Position numbers and translations under genes: made by a program
From: Magnetococcales bacterium
Lineage (GTDB): Bacteria; Pseudomonadota; Magnetococcia; Magnetococcales; JADFWU01
Direction: 5' to 3'
DNA: 64,000 bases
Assembly (NCBI GenBank): GCA_015234045.1
Contig: JADFWU010000015.1
Location: forward strand, 1,521-65,520
The notes under the pieces: generated by a model
Seen by the model: only the letters and a program-made list of their open reading frames with translations
The model's database searches: none
What the model was told of the DNA's origin: nothing
In this document: positions 1 through 10,505 of the stretch, piece by piece
How the letters are laid out: every line of letters starts with the position of its first letter
How positions within the stretch are numbered: the stretch's first letter is position 1

Positions 1-843
1 ACTCGGGCAAAAGATACGGCCTTGAAGAAGGGCTACGATGTTCTGTTTTTAGATACGGCGGGTCGTCTGCACATTGATGATGAGTTGATGGCCGAGTTGG
101 GCGATGTTCAAGGTTTGGTTGAGCCTATTGAGGTGTTGCTGGTAGCCGACTCCATGACTGGTCAGGATGCGGTGACCGTAGCGGAGCAGTTTGACCAGCG
201 CCTGAACATCACCGGCGTGATATTGACTAAAACCGATGGTGATGCGCGTGGTGGTGCGGCGCTCTCTATTCGGCATGTTACGGGCAAGCCCATCAAGTTT
301 CTCGGCACTGGTGAGAAACTTGAAAATATTGAGGCATTTCATCCTGATCGGGTGGCATCCCGAATTCTCGGTATGGGTGATGTGCTCACCCTGGTTGAGA
401 CGGCCATGGAAAAGGTTGACCTTAACGAGGCAGCCCGACTTCAGGCAAAAATTCAGAAAACCGCTTTTACGTTGGATGATTTTCTCAAACAGCTTCAACA
501 GGTTAAAAAGATGGGATCGTTGACCGATCTTGTCGGCATGATTCCCGGAGCCAAACAGGCAATGAAAGGGCGTGATGCGGAAATTGATGATAAGGAATTA
601 AAGCGTGTTGAGGCGATCATTCTTTCAATGACCGCTAAAGAGCGTCAACGGCATCAGATTTTGAATGCCTCGCGTAAGCGTCGGATTGCCAAAGGTTCAG
701 GCACGACGATTCAGGATGTGAACCGGCTGTTGAAGCAGTTTGTTCAGACCCAGAAAATGATGAAGCGGCTGGGTAAGTTAGGTAAAAAAGGCTTTATGCG
801 CGGTGGTATTCCAGGGTTACCCTTTGGTGGAACAGGCAGATAA
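1..843 (+). CDS. ffh: signal recognition particle protein Ffh (5' end lies outside the window)
   Basis: The frame is open from base 1. SRP54-type GTPase motifs DTAGRL and TKTDGDARGGAALS are present, with a Met-rich M domain (KKMGSLTDLVGMIPG) and a basic tail. The neighbourhood ffh-rpsP-rimM-trmD-rplS is conserved. Confidence 0.93.
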   Translation, partial: TRAKDTALKKGYDVLFLDTAGRLHIDDELMAELGDVQGLVEPIEVLLVADSMTGQDAVTVAEQFDQRLNITGVILTKTDGDARGGAALSIRHVTGKPIKFLGTGEKLENIEAFHPDRVASRILGMGDVLTLVETAMEKVDLNEAARLQAKIQKTAFTLDDFLKQLQQVKKMGSLTDLVGMIPGAKQAMKGRDAEIDDKELKRVEAIILSMTAKERQRHQILNASRKRRIAKGSGTTIQDVNRLLKQFVQTQKMMKRLGKLGKKGFMRGGIPGLPFGGTGR

Positions 844-902
844 TACAGCCTTTGGCGGCGTAGTGTGGCTTTCATTGGGCGTGGCCCATGGGAATTAACA
901 CC

Positions 903-930
903 TTGACTGGCTTGACATGCCTGTTAAAAT
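903..930 (+). promoter_or_regulatory. candidate sigma70-type promoter for the rpsP operon
   Basis: TTGACT (903-908), 16 nt, then TAAAAT (925-930) in the ffh/rpsP spacer. This is a sequence match only. Confidence 0.3.
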
Positions 931-1056
931 GCACCGCTTTTAATCGTATGGTAATGTGCAAAAAAAATGTGACACAAGTGCATTGATTTTTTTGCGTGAA
1001 GTACACAAGGGCGAAAGCCTAAAACTATCGTATCTTTAGTAGATGAAGGAGCAAGC

Positions 1057-1320
1057 ATGGCGGTTCGTATTCGGTTAGCGCGGCGAGGATCAAAGAAGCG
1101 GCCTTTTTACGCAGTTGTGGCTGCGGATTCCCGTAGAGCCAGAGATGGCCGGTTTCTTGAGAAACTGGGCACTTTCGATCCCCTCAGTGAGAGCGACAAC
1201 CTCAATTTGGATATGGCACGGGTTAACTACTGGATTTCAGTAGGTGCTACACCTTCAGATACGGTTGGTGGTTTGATCAAACAAGCAGAAGCCGCAGTTG
1301 CAGCCGCACCTGCTGCCTGA
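1057..1320 (+). CDS. rpsP: 30S ribosomal protein S16
   Basis: MAVRIRLARRGSKKRPFY..VVAADSRRARDGRF.E.LG.FDP is the canonical S16 N-terminus. A GGAG RBS lies upstream. Confidence 0.96.
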   Translation: MAVRIRLARRGSKKRPFYAVVAADSRRARDGRFLEKLGTFDPLSESDNLNLDMARVNYWISVGATPSDTVGGLIKQAEAAVAAAPAA

Positions 1321-1342
1321 TTATTGCGACTGAATACCCAGC

Positions 1343-1885
1343 ATGGGATCTTCAAGCGTAATGGATGATGACTGGATTGTGGTCGGTCGATTCCGCGGTG
1401 TGTTTGGTGTGCGTGGTGAATTGAGAGTGGAGTCCTTCATGGAAGTGGAGACATCGCTACTTGATTTTTCTTCCTGGTGGGTAAGCCGGGAGGAGGGCGC
1501 ACAGCGGCAAAAGAGGGAACTGGTTCGAGGTCGGTCTCACAGCAAAGGATTGGTTGTGAGTCTGAAGCAGATTCAAAGCCCCGAAGCAGCCCAAGCCCTT
1601 AATGGGTATATCATTGAAGTGCCACGTGAGGATCTTCCCTTTTTGGATGATCAAGAGGGAGAAGAGCAATACTATTGGCACGATCTGATTGATTGTGAGG
1701 TCATCGAGGCGGATGGTAATCGGTTAGGGGTGGTGAGCCATCTCTTTGAAACCGGTTCCAATGATGTGCTCGCGTTGAAAGATCTTCAGGGAAAAGAGCG
1801 GCTATTGCCCTTTACCAAAGAGGTAGTGCGGCAGGTGGACCTTGATAAGAAAGTGATCACGGTTCGTCTTCTGCCTGGGATGTGA
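1343..1885 (+). CDS. rimM: 16S rRNA processing protein RimM
   Basis: The position between rpsP and trmD fits. The RimM N-domain pattern VVGRFRGVFGVRGELRV and a PRC-barrel-like C-terminus are present. Confidence 0.85.
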   Translation: MGSSSVMDDDWIVVGRFRGVFGVRGELRVESFMEVETSLLDFSSWWVSREEGAQRQKRELVRGRSHSKGLVVSLKQIQSPEAAQALNGYIIEVPREDLPFLDDQEGEEQYYWHDLIDCEVIEADGNRLGVVSHLFETGSNDVLALKDLQGKERLLPFTKEVVRQVDLDKKVITVRLLPGM

Positions 1886-2643
1886 AATTTTCTATTATCA
1901 CCTTGTTTCCCGAAATGTTTGCAGACCCTTTGGGGGTCTCAATTCTAGGGCGAGGTCAGCGTGCTGGCCTGATTGAGGTGGTTTTAACCTCGTTGCGTGA
2001 TTTTGGTACTGGTCGCCATCGTCAGGTGGATGATGCCTCTTTTGGTGGCGGTCCTGGCATGGTGATTAAGCCAGATGTCATGGATGCTGCTTTGAAAACG
2101 GCTAACCCGGATGGATCTGGGTATGTGGTTTATCTCTCTCCGCAGGGAGCCTGTTTTGATCAAGAGCGTGCGGTTAAATTGGCCTCTCTGGATCATTTGG
2201 TACTGATCTGTGGTCACTACGAGGGATTGGATGAACGCTTTATCCAATCACGGGTAGATGAAGAGATCTCACTGGGCGACTTTGTGTTGACCGGTGGTGA
2301 AATCCCTGCAATGGCGGTGGTGGATGCCACTGCGCGGATGATTCCCGGTGTATTGGGTGATTCAGCCAGCTACGCTGAAGACTCCTTTTATGACGGTATG
2401 TTGGATCATCCACACTATACCCGACCGGCAGAATGGTCGGATCAGGTTGTTCCTGATGTATTACTGTCTGGCAACCATGCGGCTATAGCAGCTTGGAGAA
2501 GGCGGCAGTCGTTGTTGAGAACGTTGATACGCAGGCCCGATATTTTGAAAAATGCCCGTCTGACGCGCCATGAAAAACGGTTGATTCAGGCACTGGCCGA
2601 GGAGTTGGATCTCCTCAATGACGATATTAATGCTGTGGGCTAG
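1882..2643 (+). CDS. trmD: tRNA (guanine37-N1)-methyltransferase TrmD
   Basis: ITLFPEMF, RHRQVDDASFGGGPGMVIKPD and GHYEGLDERF motifs are present. The GTG start overlaps the rimM stop (GTGA). Confidence 0.92.
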   Translation: MKFSIITLFPEMFADPLGVSILGRGQRAGLIEVVLTSLRDFGTGRHRQVDDASFGGGPGMVIKPDVMDAALKTANPDGSGYVVYLSPQGACFDQERAVKLASLDHLVLICGHYEGLDERFIQSRVDEEISLGDFVLTGGEIPAMAVVDATARMIPGVLGDSASYAEDSFYDGMLDHPHYTRPAEWSDQVVPDVLLSGNHAAIAAWRRRQSLLRTLIRRPDILKNARLTRHEKRLIQALAEELDLLNDDINAVG

Positions 2644-2817
2644 ATCTACAGCAAAAAAGATCACGGTACGCTCCAAGGATGGACCCGGACCCAATGATCG
2701 TCCTAATAAAATCAAGTAGTTTTGGTTTGGTCCCAATTTGGACTGTTCCGAAGCCGCCAAAAGGTTTGTCACTACAGCAGAAGGCTGATCAGGCAAGCCG
2801 TAATGAGGTTGAACGTC

Positions 2818-3186
2818 ATGAATGTAGTACAAGAATTTGAACAAAATCAGATGAAGGCCATGACTGAAGGCAAGGAAAAAGAGATTCCTAAATTCGGTGC
2901 TGGTGATACCTTGCGGGTTCATGTTCGTGTTGTTGAAGGTACGCGTGAACGTGTGCAGATTTTTGAAGGCGTATGTATTGCCCGCCGTAACCATGGTTTA
3001 GGTTCGACCTTCACGGTTCGTAAGATCTCCATGGGCGAAGGTGTTGAGCGTAATTTCCCGCTCTACTCACCTCGTTTGGACCAGATCGAAGTAGTGCGTC
3101 GCGGTGATGTGCGTCGTGCCAAACTGTTCTATCTGCGTGGACGTACTGGTAAAGCCAGCCGCATCAAGGAAAAACGGGACTGGTAG
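2818..3186 (+). CDS. rplS: 50S ribosomal protein L19
   Basis: [56 protein letters not shown] is typical L19. The track ORF starts at 2722, but the ATG at 2818 gives the usual ~120-aa length. Confidence 0.9.
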   Translation: MNVVQEFEQNQMKAMTEGKEKEIPKFGAGDTLRVHVRVVEGTRERVQIFEGVCIARRNHGLGSTFTVRKISMGEGVERNFPLYSPRLDQIEVVRRGDVRRAKLFYLRGRTGKASRIKEKRDW

Positions 3187-3189
3187 TTC

Positions 3190-3858
3190 ATGGCCAGGGC
3201 AAGCGCTTCTGGCGGACCCGATTTTTCTAGAGAGTCTGCCCTGTTGGCCGAAGGTTTGGTCAGGGTTTGTGGTGTGGATGAGGCCGGGCGCGGTCCGCTG
3301 GTTGGCCCGGTTGTGGCCGCAGCAGTCATTCTGAATCCAGAATCAATTCCAGCAGGGTTGGACGACTCAAAAAAGCTGACTTCCCAAAAGCGTCAGACCC
3401 TGATTGAGAAAATCAATCACTCTGGTGCCATCCATGCTGTCTCGGTAGTCTCAGCCCAAGAGATAGATCGGATCAATATCCGTCAGGCAACGTTGTTGGC
3501 AATGACCCAGGCGGTTAATGGTCTCGTACATCGGGCAGAATATGTTCTGATTGATGGACGAGATTATCCTCCAGCACTTGATGTGCCTTGTGAAGCGGTC
3601 ATCAAAGGAGATGCCAAAATAGTCTCCATTGCAGCGGCTTCAATTATTGCCAAAGAAACGCGGGATGCCATCATGAAAGATCTGGATCAGCATTTTCCGG
3701 GTTACGGTTGGGCGCATAATAGCGGCTATCCTACACGGCAACATATTGAAGCATTGAACACCCTTGGTGTGACACCGCACCACCGTAGGAGTTATGCACC
3801 AGTTAAAAAGATACTTGCTCAAACGCGTACGGTTCAAGCAAGGCAATCTGGTGATTAG
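3190..3858 (+). CDS. rnhB: ribonuclease HII
   Basis: The GVDEAGRGPLVGPVVAAAVIL catalytic DEAGRG motif is present, with DSKKL and a C-terminal HHRRSYAP. Confidence 0.9.
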   Translation: MARASASGGPDFSRESALLAEGLVRVCGVDEAGRGPLVGPVVAAAVILNPESIPAGLDDSKKLTSQKRQTLIEKINHSGAIHAVSVVSAQEIDRINIRQATLLAMTQAVNGLVHRAEYVLIDGRDYPPALDVPCEAVIKGDAKIVSIAAASIIAKETRDAIMKDLDQHFPGYGWAHNSGYPTRQHIEALNTLGVTPHHRRSYAPVKKILAQTRTVQARQSGD

Positions 3859-3874
3859 CATATGCGTATATGAC

Positions 3875-3908
3875 AAGGCCGGCACAAATGTCGGCCTTTC
3901 TCATTTTC
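3875..3908 (+). terminator. rho-independent terminator after rnhB
   Basis: GGCCG-gcacaaatgt-CGGCC hairpin (3877-3897) followed by a T-rich tail tttctcatttt. Confidence 0.5.
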
Positions 3909-3941
3909 CAAGATACGGCATTCGGTTGGATTCCGTGAGCT

Positions 3942-4985
3942 ATGTTAAGTAAACGACAATCACAGGTTCTAAAAGGCGTTGTTGATACCTATATCCAAGT
4001 CGGTGAACCGGTTGGGTCAGCGACTGTCTGTCGCAGTTCGGATCTGAGTATCTCATCGGCAACGGTTCGGCAAGTCATGGTGGAGTTAGACCAGTTAGGC
4101 TATCTCTATCAACCGCATACCTCTGCGGGACGGATTCCGACTGATCGTGGTTTCCGCGCTTTTGTAGACTCTTTGGATGTTATTCCACTCTCCGATGATG
4201 AACGCGCTCTGATTATCAAAACGCTCAATACCGGTGATGGCGATGTGGATCTGACTCTCAAAGAGATGAGTCGGATACTGGCACTGATTTCTCAGCAGGC
4301 CTGTCTGGTACTAACGCCGGGTTTAGAGAATGCTGTGATTCGAAAGGTGCAATTGGTGGGGCTTGGCAGTGGAAAATGTAGCCGAATTTTAATGTTGTTG
4401 GTTTCCGATTCTGGACAGCTGTTAAATCGTATTTTTAGTACAAATAACAAATATATACAGAAGGATCTTGATCGTTTTGGTGGTGAGTTGAGTACCCGGT
4501 TGGCGGGCTTGACATTGCGTCAAGCGCGAAAAAAACTGGTCACTGAGCTTGCGGATGGCGTTGAGGCATACCATATAGTGTGCAAGTGGATGCTGGACTT
4601 GGTATTCCAAGTCTCAATGACCAATGATCAGCTGATCATTAACGGTCGTAGTAATCTCATCGGCGGTAGTGGATTCAATCAGGCGCGGTTGAGTGAGATT
4701 CTTGAGGCGTTGGAAGAAAAACGCCATCTGGCAGATCTGTTGGAAAACTGTCTGCAAGTGGATGGTGTACAGTTGTTTATCGGCACAGAGTCCCAGGTTT
4801 GTCCCATGGATGAGTGCTCAGTGGTTGCGGCCAAGTTTGCAGGTCCTGAAGATCAACGGTTTGGCACCATGGGCGTGTTGGGACCAATGCGGCTCAATTA
4901 TGCCCGGATCATTCCACTGGTTGATTATGCAGCCAAGGCACTGGGTGAGCGTTTCTCCCAGGATCTGGTTTTTTCGAGAGTGTAG
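3942..4985 (+). CDS. hrcA: heat-inducible transcription repressor HrcA
   Basis: The N-terminal winged-helix pattern GEPVGS....SSATVR..M.ELD.LGYL.QPHTSAGRIPTD.G.R.FVD is present. It lies directly upstream of grpE. Confidence 0.87.
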   Translation: MLSKRQSQVLKGVVDTYIQVGEPVGSATVCRSSDLSISSATVRQVMVELDQLGYLYQPHTSAGRIPTDRGFRAFVDSLDVIPLSDDERALIIKTLNTGDGDVDLTLKEMSRILALISQQACLVLTPGLENAVIRKVQLVGLGSGKCSRILMLLVSDSGQLLNRIFSTNNKYIQKDLDRFGGELSTRLAGLTLRQARKKLVTELADGVEAYHIVCKWMLDLVFQVSMTNDQLIINGRSNLIGGSGFNQARLSEILEALEEKRHLADLLENCLQVDGVQLFIGTESQVCPMDECSVVAAKFAGPEDQRFGTMGVLGPMRLNYARIIPLVDYAAKALGERFSQDLVFSRV

Positions 4986-4999
4986 GCTGACAGGAAAGA

Positions 5000-5650
5000 G
5001 TGAAATTTATGAGTCAGGGCAAGGATTCCGAGCAGGAGAGCAATGATTCCGAGGATATTAGCCCGGAAGACATTGCCAAAGCTTTTGAACAGGTAGACGC
5101 AGGTAACCAAGATGAGGACGATCAGACCGATCAGCAAGAGCATGCTGGTTCCGCTGAAGATCAAGAGGATCTTCAGGAGCAGTTGGCGCTTGCAGAAGGT
5201 AAAGTGGAAGCCTTGAAAAACGAGTTTTTACGTGCTCGGGCTGACATGGATAATCTGCGTAAAAGAACCGCACGTGAAAAAGAACAGGCACGAAAATTCG
5301 CTGTGGAAGGCTTTGCCAAGGATCTGTTGAGCGTGGCCGACAACATGGAACGCGCTTTGGCAGCGATGCCTGATCAGGAAGAAAAAGACACCGATAGCGG
5401 CGCACTTGAGGCGCTTCGAGATGGTGTGGTGATGGTGCAAAACGAGTTGAACAGCGTATTCACCAAACATGGTGTCACCCGTGTTGAAGCGATGGATCAA
5501 CCGTTTGATCCTAATCTGCATCAGGCCATGATGCAGATAGAAAATGACGAAGTAGATCCCGATACCGTGGTTCAGGAGATGCAGGCGGGTTACATGCTCA
5601 ACGAGCGGTTGCTGCGGCCTGCAATGGTGGGTATTTCCAAGCGGTCATAA
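5000..5650 (+). CDS. grpE: nucleotide exchange factor GrpE
   Basis: An acidic N-terminus and a coiled coil are present, with the R.RAD.DNLRKRT.RE....KFA.E.FAKDLL.V.DN.ERAL signature. Confidence 0.92.
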   Translation: MKFMSQGKDSEQESNDSEDISPEDIAKAFEQVDAGNQDEDDQTDQQEHAGSAEDQEDLQEQLALAEGKVEALKNEFLRARADMDNLRKRTAREKEQARKFAVEGFAKDLLSVADNMERALAAMPDQEEKDTDSGALEALRDGVVMVQNELNSVFTKHGVTRVEAMDQPFDPNLHQAMMQIENDEVDPDTVVQEMQAGYMLNERLLRPAMVGISKRS

Positions 5651-5674
5651 AATAGAGAAAATGGGTGCCCCCTG

Positions 5675-5706
5675 CTTGACAGAAGGGGATACCGTTTCCA
5701 TATGTA
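5675..5706 (+). promoter_or_regulatory. candidate RpoH (sigma32)-type heat-shock promoter upstream of dnaK
   Basis: CCCCCTGCTTGACA (-35 CTTGACA at 5675-5681), 14 nt, then TTCCATATGTA (5696-5706). The sigma32 consensus is CTTGAAA-N13-15-CCCCATNT. Confidence 0.4.
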
Positions 5707-5874
5707 AGCTTAGTCCGTTATCAAATCTATGTATCAAATAAGATTTATGCGGATGAATACAGAACTATTTTGAATGCAATGTCTCTGTAAAAATTGTGAG
5801 GCGTGTTTTCAAAGTCATAGGGTGAGGGAAGATTTCCCCATCCATGCAATGAGAAAGAGAGAGGACTTCCGGTT

Positions 5875-7842
5875 ATGGGCAAGGTGATCGGCATTGATTT
5901 GGGTACTACTAACTCCTGTGTCGCAGTAATGGACGGCGGAGAACCCAAAGTTATCGAAAATAGTGAAGGTACGCGTACCACGCCATCCATGGTCGCTTTT
6001 GCCAATAATGGTGAACGGCTGGTTGGACAGTCAGCCAAACGGCAGGCTGTGACCAATCCTAAAAATACTCTTTTTGCCATCAAGCGGTTGATCGGTCGTC
6101 GTTATGATGATCCCATGACCCAAAGAGACCGCGAATTGGTACCATTCAATATCGTCAAGGCTGATAATGGTGATGCCTGGGTTGAGATTGATGGTAAGAA
6201 AATGAGTCCTTCTGAAGTGGCTGCCATGGTCCTTCAGAAAATGAAACAGACTGCTGAAGATCATCTTGGTGAGTCCGTTACCGAAGCGGTTATTACCGTA
6301 CCTGCTTATTTCAATGACGCTCAGCGTCAGGCGACCAAAGATGCTGGTCGGATCGCTGGTCTGGAAGTCAAGCGGGTTATCAACGAACCAACGGCCGCGG
6401 CATTGGCTTATGGTCTGGATAAGAAAGATGGTCAGACTATCGTTGTATACGATCTAGGTGGCGGTACGTTCGACGTGTCGATCCTGGAGATTGGTGACGG
6501 CGTTTTCGAAGTGAAAGCCACCAATGGTGATACGTTCCTGGGTGGTGAAGATTTCGATAAAACCATCATTGACTATTTGGTTGATGAGTTCACCAAAGAG
6601 TCAGGCGTTGATCTCAGTAAAGACAGCATGGCTTTGCAACGGCTGAAAGAAGCCGGTGAAAAAGCGAAGATTGAGCTGTCCAGCTCTACCCAGACTGATA
6701 TCAATCTGCCCTTTATCACCGCTGATGCCACTGGGCCTAAGCATCTCAATATCAATCTGACCCGCGCTAAACTGGAGACGTTGGTTGAAGGGTTGATTAA
6801 ACGGACGCTGACACCCTGCCGGACCGCCATGCACGATGCTGGTGTTTCTTCCAGTGAAGTGGATGAGGTGATCCTGGTTGGCGGCATGACCCGTATGCCT
6901 AAGGTTCAGGAGATTGTGTCCGAGTTCTTCGGTAAAACACCGCATAGGGGCGTTAATCCTGATGAAGTTGTGGCCATTGGTGCTGCGGTTCAGGGTGGTG
7001 TGCTCAAGGGTGATGTGAAGGACGTTCTGCTTCTGGATGTCACACCGCTTTCATTGGGTATTGAGACCCTTGGTGGTGTGTTTACCAAGCTGATCGACAA
7101 AAACACCACCATCCCAACCAAAAAGTCACAGGTGTTCTCTACGGCCACTGACAATCAGCCTGCGGTAACCATTCGGGTTGCTCAGGGTGAACGTGAACTG
7201 TTCAATGACAATAAAATGCTCGGTCAGTTTGACTTGGTTGGTATTGCACCGGCACCGCGTGGTATGCCTCAGATTGAGGTGACCTTTGATATTGATGCTG
7301 ATGGTCTTGTGCATGTGTCCGCAAAAGATAAAGGCACGGGCAAGGAGCACTCTATCCGTATCCAAGCCTCCGGTGGTCTCACCGATGATGAGATTGACCG
7401 CATGGTTCAGGAAGCGGAATCAAACGCTGATTCTGATACTGCCAAGCGGAAGTTGATTGATGCGCGTAACGGTGCCGATTCGCTCATCTATACCACTGAG
7501 AAGTCCGTTAAAGAGCATGAAGACAAACTGGACGATGAACTGAAAAGCAGTATCGCGGCTGCGATCAGTGAGTTGAAAGGTTTGGTTGGTGGTGAAGATT
7601 CGGATGCCATTGAAGCCAAAACACAGGAATTGATGGAAATTTCCATGAAAATGGGTGAAGCCATCTACAAAGCAGATCCTGAAGCCGCCGCCGCCGCTGC
7701 TGCTGCCGCTGGTATGGATCCCACTGGTGGTGCTGCTGGACCCGGAGGTCCTGGTGCCGCACCTGGTGACGATGCTGCTGGTAAGGCTGATGAAGATGTC
7801 GTTGAAGCTGAATATGAAGAAGTCAAAGACGACAAAAAGTAA
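5875..7842 (+). CDS. dnaK: molecular chaperone DnaK (Hsp70)
   Basis: Full-length Hsp70 with [26 protein letters not shown] and [17 protein letters not shown] motifs and an Ala/Gly-rich acidic tail. Confidence 0.98.
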   Translation: MGKVIGIDLGTTNSCVAVMDGGEPKVIENSEGTRTTPSMVAFANNGERLVGQSAKRQAVTNPKNTLFAIKRLIGRRYDDPMTQRDRELVPFNIVKADNGDAWVEIDGKKMSPSEVAAMVLQKMKQTAEDHLGESVTEAVITVPAYFNDAQRQATKDAGRIAGLEVKRVINEPTAAALAYGLDKKDGQTIVVYDLGGGTFDVSILEIGDGVFEVKATNGDTFLGGEDFDKTIIDYLVDEFTKESGVDLSKDSMALQRLKEAGEKAKIELSSSTQTDINLPFITADATGPKHLNINLTRAKLETLVEGLIKRTLTPCRTAMHDAGVSSSEVDEVILVGGMTRMPKVQEIVSEFFGKTPHRGVNPDEVVAIGAAVQGGVLKGDVKDVLLLDVTPLSLGIETLGGVFTKLIDKNTTIPTKKSQVFSTATDNQPAVTIRVAQGERELFNDNKMLGQFDLVGIAPAPRGMPQIEVTFDIDADGLVHVSAKDKGTGKEHSIRIQASGGLTDDEIDRMVQEAESNADSDTAKRKLIDARNGADSLIYTTEKSVKEHEDKLDDELKSSIAAAISELKGLVGGEDSDAIEAKTQELMEISMKMGEAIYKADPEAAAAAAAAAGMDPTGGAAGPGGPGAAPGDDAAGKADEDVVEAEYEEVKDDKK

Positions 7843-8064
7843 GAGAAATCATATCAAAAGGGCGGATGAGTGCTTTCGTCCTTTAGGTATGATCGTGTAG
7901 ATTTCCAGGATTTCAAAGCCTGTTTACCAGTTCTTGGTTGTAATGAACGGGTAGACGGGCTTTGACTTCTTATACCGTGTATTGCCATGCTGCCTGTTGC
8001 GTGGAATCGGAAGAGTGAATTGATTTTGCTCTTGATCAGATGTAACTGAGGATATCCCTGACCC

Positions 8065-9210
8065 ATGCCCAATGACTACTACGAAACCCTTGGTGTCCAG
8101 CGGAATGCTTCGGAAACGGACCTGAAAAAGGCCTACCGCAAGTTGGCCATGCAGTATCATCCAGACCGTAATCCCGACAATAAACAGTCCGAAGCCAAGT
8201 TTAAGGAAGTGAATGAGGCTTACGAGACTCTGAAAGATCCCAAAAAACGGGCGATCTATGATCAGTATGGTCACGCAGGCCTGAATCAACAGGGCGGAGG
8301 CGGCGGTGGAGGCTTTCCTGGTGGCGGTGCCGCAGGCGGTGGATTTAATGATATTTTTGATGAATTTTTCGGTGATATCTTTGGTGGCGGTGGACGCGGT
8401 GGTGCCCGTGGACGCGGACCAGGTGGCGCACAACGGGGCGAAGATTTTCGCTACGATCTCAGTGTAACACTCGAAGATGTCATGCATGGCGGTGAGAAAC
8501 GGATCCGTATTCCCTCCATTATCAGTTGTACCAGCTGTGGTGGTTCAGGTGCCAAGAAAGGCACAAGCCCTGAGGTGTGTACCACCTGTGGTGGTGCGGG
8601 TCAGGTACGTACTCAGCAAGGTTTTTTCTCAATTTCTCGGGCTTGTCCTGCCTGTGGAGGGCAAGGGCGTGTGGTCCGAGATCCTTGTACAGCGTGTCAG
8701 GGACAAGGGCGGACACGCTCTGAAAAGAATCTGACTGTTAAAATCCCTGCCGGTGTTGAGACAGGAACCCGCATTCGGCTCAATAATGAAGGTGGTGCCG
8801 GTATTCAGGGTGGTCCTCCTGGTGATCTCTATCTGGTTGTGGAAGTAAAGGATCACGCCATCTTTGCCCGTGAAGGGGCTGATCTGATCTGTCAGGTGCC
8901 CATCACATTTATGCTGGCCGCGTTGGGCGGCAAACTGGAAGTACCTACGTTGACCGGTCGTGCACGAATCAGCCTGCCAGCTGGCACACAAAATGGACGG
9001 CGGATGGTGCTTAAGGGTAAGGGCTTGCCTTATCTGAATCGTCCGGGTGTGTATGGTAATTTGGTGGTAGAGATTCGTGTGGAAACGCCAGTTAATCTCA
9101 ATCGTGAACAGAAAGATCTATTAGAGCAATTTGCTCGTATTTCCGATCAGGACAGCCAGCCGGAGTCTTCAGGTTTTTTTGATCGGGTCAAAGACTTTTT
9201 GGGTGGTTGA
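8065..9210 (+). CDS. dnaJ: molecular chaperone DnaJ
   Basis: The J domain (HPD motif in YHPDRNP), a G/F-rich region and four CxxCxGxG zinc-finger repeats are present. Confidence 0.96.
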   Translation: MPNDYYETLGVQRNASETDLKKAYRKLAMQYHPDRNPDNKQSEAKFKEVNEAYETLKDPKKRAIYDQYGHAGLNQQGGGGGGGFPGGGAAGGGFNDIFDEFFGDIFGGGGRGGARGRGPGGAQRGEDFRYDLSVTLEDVMHGGEKRIRIPSIISCTSCGGSGAKKGTSPEVCTTCGGAGQVRTQQGFFSISRACPACGGQGRVVRDPCTACQGQGRTRSEKNLTVKIPAGVETGTRIRLNNEGGAGIQGGPPGDLYLVVEVKDHAIFAREGADLICQVPITFMLAALGGKLEVPTLTGRARISLPAGTQNGRRMVLKGKGLPYLNRPGVYGNLVVEIRVETPVNLNREQKDLLEQFARISDQDSQPESSGFFDRVKDFLGG

Positions 9211-9235
9211 GTTCTGTTCTCGCTTAGGAGCTAAG

Positions 9236-10042
9236 ATGACTGTAGAAGTAGGTATTGTTGGTGCAGCAGGACGTATGGGTCAAATGCTTATTCAGGCCGT
9301 TGAACAGCGCGAAGATGCGCGGGTTTCAGCCGCTGCGGAGCATCCCAAGTCCGAGGCGGTTGGTCGTGATGCAGGGAGTGTTGCTGGATTGAATCCTTTG
9401 GGGGTGAAAATCGCCAATGATGCGGCATCGGTATTTAAGAATTCTCAGGTCGTGATTGATTTTACGCTTCCCGAAGCCACGGTTTATAATCTGCAACAGG
9501 CTGTCGAAACTGGCACCGCGTTGGTGATTGGAACAACCGGTTTTGATGCGGCTGGCAAGGCGCGTATTGAAGAGGCTGCACGCAAGGTGCCTATCGTGTT
9601 TGCGCCCAATTTTAGTGTGGGTGTAAATTTGATGTTCAAGGTAGCAGCTGAAGTGGCTCAGGTGCTCGAAGAGAATTTTGATATCGAAATTATCGAAGCC
9701 CATCACCGAAATAAAGTAGATGCGCCGTCAGGAACCGCCATTGGCTTGGGGGATGCTATTGCCGAAGCTATTGGGCGCTCACTGCCTGAGGTTGCGATCT
9801 ATGGTCGTGAAGGGCACACCGGTGCGCGGGATCGTCAAACCATCGGTTTTTCTACCATTCGGGGTGGTGATATCGTGGGCGACCATACTGCACTGTTTGC
9901 TGGAGAAGGTGAACGGATTGAGATTACTCACCGGGCTTCCAGCAGAATGACCTTTGCTTCTGGAGCGGTTCGTGCGGCACTCTGGGTGTTGGGTAAAGAA
10001 CCAAAACTGTACGATATGCGAGATATTTTGAACTTCAGATAA
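9236..10042 (+). CDS. dapB: 4-hydroxy-tetrahydrodipicolinate reductase
   Basis: GAAGRMG NAD(P)-binding motif and EAHHRNKVDAPSGTA signature are present. The ATG at 9236 follows an AGGAG RBS. The track ORF start at 9131 overlaps the dnaJ end and is unlikely. Confidence 0.9.
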   Translation: MTVEVGIVGAAGRMGQMLIQAVEQREDARVSAAAEHPKSEAVGRDAGSVAGLNPLGVKIANDAASVFKNSQVVIDFTLPEATVYNLQQAVETGTALVIGTTGFDAAGKARIEEAARKVPIVFAPNFSVGVNLMFKVAAEVAQVLEENFDIEIIEAHHRNKVDAPSGTAIGLGDAIAEAIGRSLPEVAIYGREGHTGARDRQTIGFSTIRGGDIVGDHTALFAGEGERIEITHRASSRMTFASGAVRAALWVLGKEPKLYDMRDILNFR

Positions 10043-10184
10043 TCGGAAAAGATGCCTTTTCCCTTGCTCCTTTTGGCGTACAGCGGTACAAATTTTACTG
10101 GGTGTAGCAATACGCACTCTCGTGCCATGACCAGTATCATGGAAGCGACACATCCTGTAACACGATCTATGAGGAAACAACATC

Positions 10185-10505
10185 GTGGAATCCATCGAAA
10201 TCGCCACACTGAAAACCGGTCAGACTTTCACTTTGGAATTTGGCAATAAAGAAGCCATCATGACCAAGTTGGACGAACCAAAGAAATTTAACGTGGAAGA
10301 TTGGTTCGAAGAAGAAGGTGAAGTCTATCTCATTGAAGATGTTATTGAGGAAGATGAGCCGCTGCACTATAGCTTGGAGCCCTTAACTGGTGATCCAAAA
10401 GCGCTCATAGAGAAAGATAAGGCCATCTTTGGAGCTAAAAAGAAAGTATGGGATTTCTTGGGCAGGACTGTTGATGGCATTGAGATGGAAGAGGAAGAGG
10501 GCTGA
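10185..10505 (+). CDS. hypothetical small acidic protein (106 aa)
   Basis: A GTG start follows GAGGAA. The stop overlaps the pyrF start (TGATG). The protein is strongly acidic with an EEEEG tail. I recognised no family. Confidence 0.45.
   Translation: MESIEIATLKTGQTFTLEFGNKEAIMTKLDEPKKFNVEDWFEEEGEVYLIEDVIEEDEPLHYSLEPLTGDPKALIEKDKAIFGAKKKVWDFLGRTVDGIEMEEEEG

Noticed and set aside
7843-8064. An isolated GAGTGCT half-site and a weak hairpin in the dnaK/dnaJ spacer as a CIRCE element.
   Set aside because: The left arm TTAGCACTC is absent at the required 9-nt spacing.
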